Virus record (IMG/VR): IMGVR_UViG_3300050343_000199
Coordinates: 64,001 to 128,000 of that record
DNA length: 64,000 bases
Direction: 5' to 3' (one strand)
Origin: a virus
The notes beneath the pieces are model-generated. The model searched no databases and was not told where the DNA came from. It worked only from the letters and a program-made list of their open reading frames with translations. The stretch's first letter is position 1. Every line of letters begins with the position of its first letter. Position numbers and translations under genes: made by a program. Shown piece by piece: positions 1 to 9,692 of this stretch.

Positions 1-2968
1 TAGATGATAATACATCTGTACTATTAAAAGTACCACTTACATCACGTAGGGCAAATTTAGTTCCCGAAAATACATTTCCTACAATCTTACCAGTAGATCC
101 AGTTACACTTTGAGTAATGATGTCCCCATCAAATAAGTATGCAATTGATTTTAATTCAACGAATAATGCTTTGGTGTCTTGAGATTCAATACTATCTACA
201 GATCTTCCTTGTACAGAAGAAACCTCAGCACTTGCTCCAAATCCATCAGTATCTAAATTATCAATAATTAACTCAGATCCAACAGAAAAATTATTAGTAC
301 TATCTAAAACAGAAACAGAACTAATACTACCTCGTTTTACATCAGTGATCTTTGCTAATGCAAATTCTCCATTCTTAGTAATATTAGATGTTCTAAGTCT
401 TTTAGCAAATGTTGGAACATTATCTTGTGAAAGTTCAGAATTATAATTTGAATCAACTGGTAAAGAATAATAATTATCACCTAAAATATAAGGAAATACT
501 GGATCACCTTGAGTATCAAGAGTTGCAAAGTATGCATAAGTTCCTTCTGGGTAATCTGGTGTTACACAGTATCTTCCATTATTTTGATCTAAACTACCAT
601 ACTCAGCAATATACGTAAAATCATCAATGAATGTTCCAATAGGATATTGACTAACTAATGGACCATTAGATCTACTATTATTTCTAGTATAACTACTAGT
701 CATTCTAGTAATCGTACTTTGAGAATCTAAAGGATCTTGATGTCCAAATGGACCATAGATTGGATTTCCGTCATAAGCAAAACCAATAATAGGTGAGTGA
801 GTTACTCCAGTATCTCCAGACCTAATAGTAGATGGTGCTGCATAATAAGCATAACCAGAACCACGATTTATTACATAGTTATTGAAAAAATATCCATTTT
901 CGGAATCTAAAGAAGATTGATTTTTGTAAAACTTATCTTTTCTCCATTGTCTGATAGATGCAGTTGCTTCAGATCCGGATCCTACTGCAATAATATCTAC
1001 TTGTACATTTTCTTGTGAATATAAACTACCACCATTAATTTTCTCAAATCTATCAATAGCACCTGCAGTGGTAACAACTGCACGATATACTGCAAATCTT
1101 CCTCTACCTGCAGAATCTGTAATTCTTACTTCAGGTGCAGAAGAATAATACTCACCAGCATTTTCAACTACAATACTAGTAATTTCACCATTAGTGATAA
1201 TTGCTCTTGCCTGAGCATTTCTACCTGATAATACTTCTACAGTAGGAATTGAATTATAATCTCCGGGAGTATCAACAATAACAGACTCAACTACTTGACC
1301 TGCTAATCTAGTTCTTGCTAAGTTAGAAACCCCGTCAATTAATATAAATGGTGGTTTAACGTATCCAGATCCTCGTGATGTAACTGCAATAGATTGAATA
1401 GCACCTGAATTGACTACTTCCTCATCTTTGTAACTTAGAAAAGGAATACCATTAATTGCAATACCAATATCTCTATATAATGTCTTATAAATTTCTGTAG
1501 TTTGTATTGGATTCTTTCTGATGATCTTTAGTAGTTTTTGATCTTGAGCATCCGAAGGTGGAGTTGGAATGCTATGCGAAGGAAATCCTGATGATGCAAT
1601 ATAATATCCGCTACCATCTTCAAAAATTGCAGATACATTTGAGTTAAGTCCTGCAACCGCAGCAGAACCTGCACTAAAAACCCATCTTAAATTATTTTGA
1701 GCATCATTAATTCTAATATCATTAGTTAAAAATCCAGACTCGGAAATTTCTACTGATTCTCCAGGATTTGAATATGGAGATTCAACAGAATTGTTTAGTC
1801 CATATAAAAGACCAAATACCTGTAGTTGAATATTACCAGAAGATACTTCTAGGTTATAACTAACAGTTGTTTCAGGTTGATAAGAACCATTACCGTTTCT
1901 TGTTTTAATTACAAATTGATTTACATTTTTTTCTTCAAATGTAAAAATTTCAGATCCTATTACAAAAGATCCTTTTGTCTCCCAACCCATTGTAGAAAAA
2001 ACATTTACCCTATCACCAACAGTTGTTGATGGAGATATAGGACTTGTTAATTGAGTCTTTAAAGATGAATTAAAATTTCCATTAACACTAGATTCGTTTA
2101 GAATAATATCATATAATTCTTCATTATCAAAAGTACCACTATATTTGACATTATCTACAACTGCAGATGCATAATTACCTTCTACATTTTGAGTAATCTG
2201 CTTTCCAATTAAGTCGTTTGGGTCTCCATTAAGAATTTTTACTCTTAATGCATATGATTGAATCCAGTTAGATTCCGATGACTTTAACGTAAAATCTCTT
2301 GGATATGCAACATCAGGATTCGGATCATCTTGAATTAAACATTTAAATAGAAACTTAATAGAACTATCAGTTCCTTTTGCTCTATAAAAATCGGTAATAT
2401 TTTTTAGTAAAGTTCTCTTGTCAACTCCTTCCTTCAGGTATGCTTCAGGGAAATCTGCAAGGTATTGTGCTTCAAAACTTTTAACTAAAGAATATAAAAA
2501 TAGATTACTAATATTTTGTACAGTAGACCCATTAACATGAGTATCTGCTTGTGTGGTTACAAAAGTACTACTATTATAAAGATCACCAATAGTAGTATTA
2601 CCACTGACACCACGACTTACTTCTAAAAATTGAGTATCTGTTCTTTCTGCATAAAAACAAATCTCATTATCAATTTTGATGTATCCACCAATCTTAGGAA
2701 ATGAAGTTGCATCAGCAACAGTAATTGTTGTGCTTAATTCACCTAAAGATCCAACAATGGTAGTTGACTCTTTAAGAATATTCGTTTCGTAAAAATCAAT
2801 ATCACGATACGATTGAAGATTCGCAATGATATCAACCGGTTGACCTTGTAATTCTAATTGCTCATAATATTTTTGTATGAACTTACTAAAAAGTTCATAC
2901 TCTTCATTAATAAAGTCCGGTAATTGTGACTCAACTAGATATGAGATTTTATTAGCAGTTTTGACCAT
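1..2968 (-). CDS. gp7: Baseplate wedge initiator, large structural protein (3' end runs off the window)
   Basis: ATG at 2968, 7 nt after the gp6 stop, reads MVKTANKISYLVESQLPDFINEEYELFSKFIQKYYEQ, the typical cyanomyovirus gp7 N-terminus. The frame is still open at base 2 (VSGTFNSTDVLSS). Absent from the ORF track because there is no stop in the window. Confidence 0.8.
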   Translation of the reverse strand, partial: MVKTANKISYLVESQLPDFINEEYELFSKFIQKYYEQLELQGQPVDIIANLQSYRDIDFYETNILKESTTIVGSLGELSTTITVADATSFPKIGGYIKIDNEICFYAERTDTQFLEVSRGVSGNTTIGDLYNSSTFVTTQADTHVNGSTVQNISNLFLYSLVKSFEAQYLADFPEAYLKEGVDKRTLLKNITDFYRAKGTDSSIKFLFKCLIQDDPNPDVAYPRDFTLKSSESNWIQSYALRVKILNGDPNDLIGKQITQNVEGNYASAVVDNVKYSGTFDNEELYDIILNESSVNGNFNSSLKTQLTSPISPSTTVGDRVNVFSTMGWETKGSFVIGSEIFTFEEKNVNQFVIKTRNGNGSYQPETTVSYNLEVSSGNIQLQVFGLLYGLNNSVESPYSNPGESVEISESGFLTNDIRINDAQNNLRWVFSAGSAAVAGLNSNVSAIFEDGSGYYIASSGFPSHSIPTPPSDAQDQKLLKIIRKNPIQTTEIYKTLYRDIGIAINGIPFLSYKDEEVVNSGAIQSIAVTSRGSGYVKPPFILIDGVSNLARTRLAGQVVESVIVDTPGDYNSIPTVEVLSGRNAQARAIITNGEITSIVVENAGEYYSSAPEVRITDSAGRGRFAVYRAVVTTAGAIDRFEKINGGSLYSQENVQVDIIAVGSGSEATASIRQWRKDKFYKNQSSLDSENGYFFNNYVINRGSGYAYYAAPSTIRSGDTGVTHSPIIGFAYDGNPIYGPFGHQDPLDSQSTITRMTSSYTRNNSRSNGPLVSQYPIGTFIDDFTYIAEYGSLDQNNGRYCVTPDYPEGTYAYFATLDTQGDPVFPYILGDNYYSLPVDSNYNSELSQDNVPTFAKRLRTSNITKNGEFALAKITDVKRGSISSVSVLDSTNNFSVGSELIIDNLDTDGFGASAEVSSVQGRSVDSIESQDTKALFVELKSIAYLFDGDIITQSVTGSTGKIVGNVFSGTKFALRDVSGTFNSTDVLSS

Positions 2969-2974
2969 CTACTA

Positions 2975-4777
2975 CTACTCTTTGTATGCTACAAATGTAC
3001 TCTTTGAGATATCTACGTCTAGATATACTTCACGTTTAACTTCAACATCATTACTGGATGGTTTTACTCTCAGTTCAATACGATTGTCTGAGAATGTTCC
3101 TTTCAGAATAGTGAAGTCATACAATTTAATCTCACCTTTGACATAATCAACATCACCAACAGAATCGTTTAGGAGAATTTTATCTCCAGTTAGTGAATCT
3201 AGTCTATATAGGACGATTTTGCCATCTCTATCTTCCAAATACGATGTGTAATTGGGATGTTCAAAAACAGTCATACCAGTAGATGTTACAACTGGATTAT
3301 CACAATCTTTTAAGAATTCATTTTGATAACAAATTTCGTAAAAAGAAGATGCATTGATTTGAGCATAAAAATCTTTTCTTAACGTAATTTCTGTAATGTT
3401 AGAATTGATTGAACGATCAGAACTATCAATTACACCTATGAATTTACTATATCTAAACTTACCATTAAATTTTTCGGTACTTGATGTTTTTAAGTACTCA
3501 TTAACTCCAGTTGAAACTTTTGCTGCAACTTCAGCTGGAAGAAGATTAGTTTTAGCACCATCAAAGTAAACCTTACTATTAATTTCAACAAAAAGAATAG
3601 ATGGGTCTAAAAACACAGGTTTTACAGAAGCAACTGTATAACTCCTTAACTTATCCGTTAGTTCTTTCTTAGTTACTGAAGATAAAGAATTTGCTACAGT
3701 TGGTTTCACAGCAATGAATACTTTACCATAATCAGGTGGTACTTGATCCTCACCACCAAATACAATGATATCACTCACTGCAGGATACAAATTTCTTACA
3801 ATAGCAGAATAATCATTTGATGTTACTGCTCTATTCTGAGAACCATAGAATTTTGGTGCATTGAATTTAATCTTTTCAATACTTTCAATTGCAGATCCAC
3901 CTTGTGCATTAGAAGTTGTTACAATATTATTAACAGCAAATGGTGATGATACTTTAATATCATTCTCATCTAAGAATACACCACTAAACGTAAATGACTT
4001 TGCACCATTAGATTGTGAACCTTTTGTTAAAATATAACTTATTTCAATTACATTTCCGTCAGTTAATTTTTTGCCGAGAATGCCATCCCCAAAAAATAAC
4101 TCATATTGCTCATCATCAATTTCATTGATGAAATATACTTTATCTTCACTTCCTACTTGAAGAATATTATCTGACTTCTTATATTCTTCATAGACACTAG
4201 AACCAGCAGACTCATACACTCTAACAATTAATGTATTTAAATCTGCTGCTGAATTCTGAATTTTAAATTTTTGATCTTTTAATGATCCATCATACGTAAA
4301 TGTACTCAATACATATGATCCTTCATTTAAAAGGACATTAGAGAACGTTGCAACGTTATTGACAACCGGAACTTTAATATCTTTTAGTGTAACATAACGA
4401 TAAAGAGTTTTATCGTAATTAGTTACAAATCCAGTTCCTGCTTTCAATTTAATTGAAGCGGGTCCTGAAACTGGAAATGTAACAGAAAATCCAAGTTCTG
4501 CACTTGGTGATGTAATTGATTTGGGAGTATACCCTAATTGCTTCGCTAACGATACTACGTTGTCTCTCAGCGTTGCTGAATCTAGGAATAGTTCATTGAC
4601 TACCATATTGGCATTAAATGCCGTGTAGTACGTATTGTATGCCAATACATCTAACAACTGACTTAATGCAGAACCTTCAAAATCATAATCGGTAAAATCC
4701 GATTGTGATCTCATGTAATCTTTGAGAGTACTCTTGATTTCGGTGAAATCTAGATTGTTTAATTGAGTATATGGCAT
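2975..4777 (-). CDS. gp6: Baseplate wedge subunit
   Basis: 600 aa. Motifs LDFTEIKSTLKDY, DYDFEGSALSQLLDVLAYNTYY, QNRAVTSNDY; syntenic with gp25 and gp7. Confidence 0.95.
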   Translation of the reverse strand: MPYTQLNNLDFTEIKSTLKDYMRSQSDFTDYDFEGSALSQLLDVLAYNTYYTAFNANMVVNELFLDSATLRDNVVSLAKQLGYTPKSITSPSAELGFSVTFPVSGPASIKLKAGTGFVTNYDKTLYRYVTLKDIKVPVVNNVATFSNVLLNEGSYVLSTFTYDGSLKDQKFKIQNSAADLNTLIVRVYESAGSSVYEEYKKSDNILQVGSEDKVYFINEIDDEQYELFFGDGILGKKLTDGNVIEISYILTKGSQSNGAKSFTFSGVFLDENDIKVSSPFAVNNIVTTSNAQGGSAIESIEKIKFNAPKFYGSQNRAVTSNDYSAIVRNLYPAVSDIIVFGGEDQVPPDYGKVFIAVKPTVANSLSSVTKKELTDKLRSYTVASVKPVFLDPSILFVEINSKVYFDGAKTNLLPAEVAAKVSTGVNEYLKTSSTEKFNGKFRYSKFIGVIDSSDRSINSNITEITLRKDFYAQINASSFYEICYQNEFLKDCDNPVVTSTGMTVFEHPNYTSYLEDRDGKIVLYRLDSLTGDKILLNDSVGDVDYVKGEIKLYDFTILKGTFSDNRIELRVKPSSNDVEVKREVYLDVDISKSTFVAYKE

Positions 4778-5172
4778 TATCTCGTCCTAGACAGGAAGAA
4801 CTCTATTTGAACAGGTGGGACTTCTGTTCCTCTTATCTCATACGTCATTTCAACATCTAAACCGTTATCTTCAAAGTTGGGAATACAACTAATAGATGTT
4901 ACGGCGATTCTAGGTTCGTATTTTGCTAGAGACAATTGCATATTTCGTTTAATAATACCTGCAACTGCATAGTCCAAAGGTTCAAACAAAAATGATCTAA
5001 TGTCTGAACCATAATCAGGATTAAATAAACGCTCACCCTTATTTGTAAGTACTAAATTAACAATTGCTTGTTTAATTGCAGCATTATCTTTACTGACAAC
5101 TACATCGTCAGTAACAGGGTGTTTTTTGAAAGTAATATTGACATCTCTAAACGTGAGATTAGAAGTTGCCAT
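4777..5172 (-). CDS. gp25: Baseplate wedge subunit, gp25 family
   Basis: 131 aa. AIKQAIVNLVLTNKGERLFNPDYGSDI...YEPRI. Confidence 0.95.
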   Translation of the reverse strand: MATSNLTFRDVNITFKKHPVTDDVVVSKDNAAIKQAIVNLVLTNKGERLFNPDYGSDIRSFLFEPLDYAVAGIIKRNMQLSLAKYEPRIAVTSISCIPNFEDNGLDVEMTYEIRGTEVPPVQIEFFLSRTR

Positions 5173-5194
5173 TAAGAGTATACGGAGTCAATAG

Positions 5195-5848
5195 TTATTT
5201 AGCGATATCTTCCCATGGTGGAGCTGAATCTTTAGCGAGATCTTCCCAAATTATATTCCATGAAACACTAATCCTACACTCGTCTCCATTATGTGGAGTT
5301 ACGTAATGAGGTAACCAACTTTCAAAAACTAAACCTTCACCTTCACTTGCCTTAAAATTCAAAGTTGGCATTTCAAACGTACTACCCATAGCTCCTGCTC
5401 TTGTATCAGGGAATGCAATTGATCCGGATTTTTCATCGCAAGTACTCGGCACCTTTACATAGTAAACACCACTTAGACGGAAACCAGGATGACTATGGTA
5501 GTTTGAATAACCACCTTTAGCTAGTTTTATTGCCCAAGTTTCTAGAATATATTTTTCTTCAAATAGATCACGTCCTGCAAACGCACTACATGCTCCTATA
5601 ATCATAGCATGTAACTCTTTAGACCAATCATAATCTAAATTTGTTAAATTAATATCTGAGTGCCACCCATGTCCACCTAAAGAAAATGTTTTATTATCCG
5701 GATTTTTTTTACTTTGCTCAATAACATAGTTAGCAATTTTCTTATTCATCTTCTTAAAATTAAGATTATTACAAAATGCTAGAAGTTGAGTAGGAAAAAA
5801 CTGCTTCTTATTAATTAATAAACCTGAAGTACTTGTCATTGACTCCAA
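5195..5848 (-). CDS. 2OG-Fe(II) oxygenase (TIGR02466-like)
   Basis: HSHPGFRLSGVYYV, VFESWLPHYV, RISVSWN double-stranded beta-helix motifs. Confidence 0.85.
   Translation of the reverse strand: MESMTSTSGLLINKKQFFPTQLLAFCNNLNFKKMNKKIANYVIEQSKKNPDNKTFSLGGHGWHSDINLTNLDYDWSKELHAMIIGACSAFAGRDLFEEKYILETWAIKLAKGGYSNYHSHPGFRLSGVYYVKVPSTCDEKSGSIAFPDTRAGAMGSTFEMPTLNFKASEGEGLVFESWLPHYVTPHNGDECRISVSWNIIWEDLAKDSAPPWEDIAK
5196..5202 (-). promoter_or_regulatory. T4-type late promoter (CTAAATA) for gp25-gp6-gp7
   Basis: CTAAATA about 24 nt upstream of the gp25 ATG. Confidence 0.6.
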
Positions 5849-6087
5849 CGTTCTACAAATTTACCCATCTCACTATCTGGGTTTGGATACAACTCTTCCT
5901 TACGCTTATTCCTATTTCGTTTTGCTGCCATGTCAAGATACTTATCACTATCAGTCTCAGTGATGAGAGTCATTCCTTCATCAATAAAACTTTGACCTTT
6001 ATCAACTTTATGATGATTACCCATTGTAGCTCCAGTGTTTGTTTGGTTGTTCCCACCAGAAGTGTAAGTCTTCTGTGTTGTCGTCAT
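5836..6087 (-). CDS. Conserved cyanophage hypothetical protein
   Basis: 83 aa, coupled to both neighbours. MGNHHKVDKGQSFIDEGMTLITE; the true start may be the internal Met. Confidence 0.6.
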   Translation of the reverse strand: MTTTQKTYTSGGNNQTNTGATMGNHHKVDKGQSFIDEGMTLITETDSDKYLDMAAKRNRNKRKEELYPNPDSEMGKFVERWSQ

Positions 6088-6550
6088 AATATTCAGATAC
6101 TAATTCGCTTTTAAATTTACTATGAATGTTTTCACACAATGAAAGAGTATGATAATTCTTGTCTGAAAACTTCTCCATCGCTTCTGTGATCCAAGTATAG
6201 TTACCCCCACGGATAACTCCCGCTTCACATAGGATAAAGTTATCCCAGTCTAATACCCAATCCGCATAATTCAATATAAAGATGTCCTTATACGGATCTA
6301 CACCTTCATCAGGAAACGGAACGTTCACTGATTCAACATGAAAGCACTCTCTGTCCATGGATAATCCGTGACAAAGGTGCTGGGTTACAATACTAGAATA
6401 ATCAGGAGAAATACAAAGCAAACATGTCTTACTAGGATGAATATCCCAATCGGACATCTTCACCTTATATATCATTTCCTGAATTAATGCCATCTCCTTA
6501 TCTTGGGAGATAAACAATAAGTCTCGGCGCTTCGGCGTTTTGAGACTCAC
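6017..6550 (-). CDS. Putative phosphoribosyltransferase-fold protein
   Basis: NFILCEAGVIRGGNY resembles a degenerate PRPP-binding loop preceded by a Rossmann-like strand/helix. GTG start overlaps the upstream TGA. Confidence 0.5.
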   Translation of the reverse strand: MSLKTPKRRDLLFISQDKEMALIQEMIYKVKMSDWDIHPSKTCLLCISPDYSSIVTQHLCHGLSMDRECFHVESVNVPFPDEGVDPYKDIFILNYADWVLDWDNFILCEAGVIRGGNYTWITEAMEKFSDKNYHTLSLCENIHSKFKSELVSEYYDDNTEDLHFWWEQPNKHWSYNG

Positions 6551-6693
6551 TTACCCTGACCGCGATAACGCTTCTTAGCGCCATTACGACTCGTAGATGC
6601 ATACTTCGTATGCTTTCCCATACCTTGACGACTCTTCTTCGGTTTTGCTTCAATCTCTAAAGTACCCGATAGTCCTGATTTTGCTTTTGCCAT
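6547..6693 (-). CDS. Small very basic protein (48 aa)
   Basis: Read manually: MAKAKSGLSGTLEIEAKPKKSRQGMGKHTKYASTSRNGAKKRYRGQGK*. Fills the gap between flanking genes exactly. Confidence 0.8.
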   Translation of the reverse strand: MAKAKSGLSGTLEIEAKPKKSRQGMGKHTKYASTSRNGAKKRYRGQGK

Positions 6694-6696
6694 GAA

Positions 6697-7161
6697 TTAA
6701 CTCTTAGTACCAATGATTATTGTAGGATAGATTGTTAAACCTGTCAAGGGTCTAGGATTAGGTATCCCGCCTACGGCTTGTACTGCATCGCCACTGACAG
6801 GGACTAACACCTTATCCATGTATACGCCACGTGCTGCTGGGTTCTGTACACCAGTTATACCTGTACGTACCAATGGTGGTGGTAATGGTGGAATTAGATT
6901 GTCCCACGTGCCCGGTACAGGTGCCGGAGGTAGTCCAGGGTTCACTATAATGACTGGGAGACCTGCAGGTACTTCCTTGGTGGCACCGGTACGTATTGTA
7001 GGAAGTGGTGTAGGGTAATTTGTAGCACCCTGAATAGGATATGGTGGATACTTTGAATTTGATTGCTCTGGTATAACAGAAGCTGAATCAATTGCAGATC
7101 CATCTACAATCATACCAGGTGTTATAAAATCTACGCCCGGTACTGGCGGTGTATCACTCAT
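6697..7161 (-). CDS. PAAR-like baseplate spike tip (gp5.4-like)
   Basis: Pro-rich. GVYMDKVLVPVSGDAV resembles PAAR VxINGxPxxRxGD; near gp25. Confidence 0.55.
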   Translation of the reverse strand: MSDTPPVPGVDFITPGMIVDGSAIDSASVIPEQSNSKYPPYPIQGATNYPTPLPTIRTGATKEVPAGLPVIIVNPGLPPAPVPGTWDNLIPPLPPPLVRTGITGVQNPAARGVYMDKVLVPVSGDAVQAVGGIPNPRPLTGLTIYPTIIIGTKS

Positions 7162-7360
7162 TCCTTAATTCCTCCACTGCTTTGTACAAATCATTCAACG
7201 TCTCCGCCAAAGTCAGATAACTCTGGGATGACGGTGGCTTGTACATTAATTGGGGGTTCTCTAAGTTGGATACCCTCTGCTCCACCATCGTCAACCTCTT
7301 GAGCAGCTCTTGGAGTTGATCGTTGAACTTCTGCGTTGTTGATTGGTTCTCTTGAGTCAT
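7154..7360 (-). CDS. Hypothetical coiled-coil protein
   Basis: 68 aa. Stop overlaps the downstream start. Confidence 0.65.
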   Translation of the reverse strand: MTQENQSTTQKFNDQLQELLKRLTMVEQRVSNLENPQLMYKPPSSQSYLTLAETLNDLYKAVEELRNE

Positions 7361-7460
7361 TATCTAATCCTGAAAATCTTTTTGCTGCTGCTCCCTCAAA
7401 TTGATCGCAGAAGGCGTCAAAGTTGTTTAGAATCTCTTCATACACATTACGCTCCTGCAA
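7191..7460 (-). CDS. Hypothetical protein (overlaps 7154-7360 in another frame)
   Basis: MQERNVYEEILNNFDAFCDQFE. Start is coupled to the upstream ORF. Confidence 0.6.
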   Translation of the reverse strand: MQERNVYEEILNNFDAFCDQFEGAAAKRFSGLDNDSREPINNAEVQRSTPRAAQEVDDGGAEGIQLREPPINVQATVIPELSDFGGDVE

Positions 7461-7710
7461 CGTTCAACCTCCCAGATACTTCAGGGTACTTGTCCAATGG
7501 ATTCTCCCCATCAGGGAATCTCATTAACCCTTCAAGTTCAATTACTTTCGCTTCCAATCCTACAAGACGCTCCGCCATCTCTTGGATTACATCTGCCATC
7601 TTATTGATCTGTTGCTGCTGCACTGCTAACTGAAACTGGGGGTCCTTCTTCAATGGATTATTCATATCATCTAGAACAGTCTCTTCAGTGATAACGAGGT
7701 TTTCGGTCAT
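7447..7710 (-). CDS. Hypothetical protein, first gene of the late operon
   Basis: 87 aa, downstream of a late promoter motif. Confidence 0.7.
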   Translation of the reverse strand: MTENLVITEETVLDDMNNPLKKDPQFQLAVQQQQINKMADVIQEMAERLVGLEAKVIELEGLMRFPDGENPLDKYPEVSGRLNVAGA

Positions 7711-7767
7711 TTTTTTGCTGGGAAATTTTTTTGGGTTTTGAGGTTTTTAAAAAACCATTTTCAAATA

Positions 7768-7774
7768 TATTTAT
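7768..7774 (-). promoter_or_regulatory. Late promoter ATAAATA
   Basis: ATAAATA in the intergenic region upstream of 7710. Confidence 0.6.
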
Positions 7775-7869
7775 CGGTCGCTGGGATACTTTTGTAGGTT
7801 AGGGACTTACCGGTTTTTGCTGGAAACGCCAACCCCCTGCTCTTGCCGGGGGCATTCTGTGGTATACTC

Positions 7870-8370
7870 TCAGACTCTGCCTGCCCTGTCTATCTTCTTT
7901 TCTCTTGCTGATCGCTTGGTCGTGTTGGTGTTTTGTCCCAAGCGTTGGAAGCATGTCACCTCATTCCATTTGGGTGCATCGTTGATGACCTTGATCAATT
8001 CAGGGCACTTGTCTGGATTGCTCAGGATGTCAGAGGGAACAGCGAACCACTCTGTGCCTTGCCCGATGTGTGCCCAGTCGTATGCCACCATGAGTGCATG
8101 AAGGTAACGCTCCATCTCATGAACGCCACCGATCGTGTCCTCTGGCATGGGGATGGTAGTCATGTCATCCACGGCGAAGTGTGCCATCATCTCTAGGTTG
8201 TCGGGGCAGGATGTCTTATGCTCAAGGGCACGTTCCATGGTGCCTTGCTTACCCTTGTATGCCAAACCGATCTTGATCTTGATCATGTCGGTTGCTGCCT
8301 CAAAGTGCTCACAGCGAGCGGCGATGATGTAGATGCCGCCGGGTTCGTTGACTCTCTTGTAACCTTGCAT
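7870..8370 (-). CDS. T5orf172/MUG113-type GIY-YIG-like domain protein
   Basis: GIYII...KIGL...ER..EHKTSCPDNLE...EMERYLH...GTEWF pattern. Confidence 0.75.
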   Translation of the reverse strand: MQGYKRVNEPGGIYIIAARCEHFEAATDMIKIKIGLAYKGKQGTMERALEHKTSCPDNLEMMAHFAVDDMTTIPMPEDTIGGVHEMERYLHALMVAYDWAHIGQGTEWFAVPSDILSNPDKCPELIKVINDAPKWNEVTCFQRLGQNTNTTKRSAREKKIDRAGRV

Positions 8371-8399
8371 GTGATGAAGTGGTTTTGTTTCTTGAGTAA

Positions 8400-8458
8400 A
8401 GTCTACAGGGTCAGGGACTAATGTCTGTCGCTGATGTTCCAGTTGGTAGATTGGACAG
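8400..8458 (-). promoter_or_regulatory. Early promoter with palindromic box
   Basis: -10 TAGACT at 8400-8405. Box tgttcca-N10-tggacag at 8435-8458, 29 nt away. Confidence 0.7.
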
Positions 8459-8606
8459 GTTGGATGCGTCCTGCTCTCACTGCCATGCGATACTCATGCT
8501 CTGCCTGATGCTGGCGTTGGATGTTCTCCATGACCTTCTGCATCAGAGGGGAGGGGTTCTCGTTGTGGATGAAGAAACCGGTTCGTTGCATTGATTTGTT
8601 TTCCAT
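8418..8606 (-). CDS. Small early hypothetical protein
   Basis: Likely start MENKSM at 8606, downstream of TATACT (8613-8618). Confidence 0.65.
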   Translation of the reverse strand: MENKSMQRTGFFIHNENPSPLMQKVMENIQRQHQAEHEYRMAVRAGRIQPVQSTNWNISDRH

Positions 8607-8612
8607 GTCCCT

Positions 8613-8671
8613 AGTATAGGGGATTAGTTCCACCCCGTCGCCTCTGATGGGACAGTTCCGAAATTGATTGC
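8613..8671 (-). promoter_or_regulatory. Early promoter with degenerate palindromic box
   Basis: -10 TATACT. tgggaca-gtt at 8648, 29 nt spacing. Confidence 0.6.
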
Positions 8672-8893
8672 CATCCGACGCTTTGCAGGTCGTCTCGTGG
8701 TAACATAGTTAACCCACTGCCCCACGCTACGATCACCCGCCAACAGGAATGCAAGAATGGAGCGTCGGGAAATGTTCTCGTAGCGGTACGTCGTATCGGA
8801 GTTGAACCAAAGCACCCGAATCGTTCCGGTCAGTGGGTTGACGGTCATGGAGTCAACCGATGTGGATTCGGTGAGGGTGATAGGGAAACGCAT
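8624..8893 (-). CDS. KTSC-like domain protein
   Basis: STSVDSMTVNPLTGTIRVLW...YRYENI...SVGQWVN matches the KTSC pattern (S..I....Y......L.V.F.....Y.Y.......S.G.F.N). Confidence 0.6.
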   Translation of the reverse strand: MRFPITLTESTSVDSMTVNPLTGTIRVLWFNSDTTYRYENISRRSILAFLLAGDRSVGQWVNYVTTRRPAKRRMAINFGTVPSEATGWN

Positions 8894-8915
8894 GAAATGA
8901 TTTTGTGTTGTTGGT

Positions 8916-8945
8916 ATTGTAGCACGGGGAGGGGTGACCCCTCAA
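8916..8945 (-). promoter_or_regulatory. sigma70-like promoter
   Basis: TTGAGG-18-TACAAT upstream of 8893. Confidence 0.55.
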
Positions 8946-9211
8946 TCTTCAACGAGTTCCAGCATCATCTCAACCATCTCATCCTCATCAATGGCGGGGT
9001 CATTCCACTTAACGCCGTCTGCTGTCTCACCGAGCATCCGACCGATCTGCCCATCTGTCATGCAGCGGACGAACTTGGTCCATGGGTTCTCGCTTCCTGC
9101 GAATCTGACACATGCCCTAGCGGTGTTGTACAGGAACTCATCGTTCTGCATCCAGAGGGATGCATTCCAGGTCTCGTAGTTTGCCCAACCGTTGTAGGTG
9201 GTGTCGGTCAT
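8942..9211 (-). CDS. Conserved early phage protein (YNGWANYETWN motif)
   Basis: Motif YNGWANYETWNASLW is widespread in T4-like cyanophage early regions. Confidence 0.8.
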   Translation of the reverse strand: MTDTTYNGWANYETWNASLWMQNDEFLYNTARACVRFAGSENPWTKFVRCMTDGQIGRMLGETADGVKWNDPAIDEDEMVEMMLELVED

Positions 9212-9236
9212 GTGGTTCGTTTGCTTTGTTGTTTTA

Positions 9237-9295
9237 ATTATACAGCCCAGGGCGTCCCTGACTACCCTGCTGATGACACTTGTTCATCTGTCACA
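9237..9295 (-). promoter_or_regulatory. Early promoter with palindromic box
   Basis: TATAAT at 9237-9242. gatgaca-N10-tgtcaca at 9272-9295. Confidence 0.75.
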
Positions 9296-9456
9296 TACAT
9301 CCATTTCATCCACGCCTTGGTGCCTTCCTTCCATATGGTACAATCTTCTTTCCACTCCCTCGCGTATGCATAGGCGTCAGTCATGTTGGTTGCATAGTCA
9401 CACCCGTGAGGATCAAGGCGATCCCACGTCTTCGGTTGAATTGCGTACATGTTCAC
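9262..9456 (-). CDS. Small early hypothetical protein
   Basis: 64 aa, start overlaps the upstream stop. Confidence 0.65.
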   Translation of the reverse strand: MNMYAIQPKTWDRLDPHGCDYATNMTDAYAYAREWKEDCTIWKEGTKAWMKWMYVTDEQVSSAG

Positions 9457-9686
9457 AGTCCGTTCAGGTAGTCAGCGAGTGCCTCATCGTACTCTGCCTT
9501 TGTGTCAAAGGTCCGACCGTAGATGGTGCGAGGATACGTGGCATCACGACCAGCAGCAGCGACCATCTCACAGTCTGCGCGATCGTATCCCATCTCAACC
9601 AGGTTTGCCACGTAGGGGTTGTGGATGTTCATGAGCACCTCATCGGTCTCAAGGGCAATGGTGCAGGGGTCTTTGAATTTGTTCAT
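9453..9686 (-). CDS. Small early hypothetical protein
   Basis: Likely start MNKFKD at 9686, just after -10 TATTGT. Confidence 0.7.
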   Translation of the reverse strand: MNKFKDPCTIALETDEVLMNIHNPYVANLVEMGYDRADCEMVAAAGRDATYPRTIYGRTFDTKAEYDEALADYLNGL

Positions 9687-9692
9687 GTGTCT

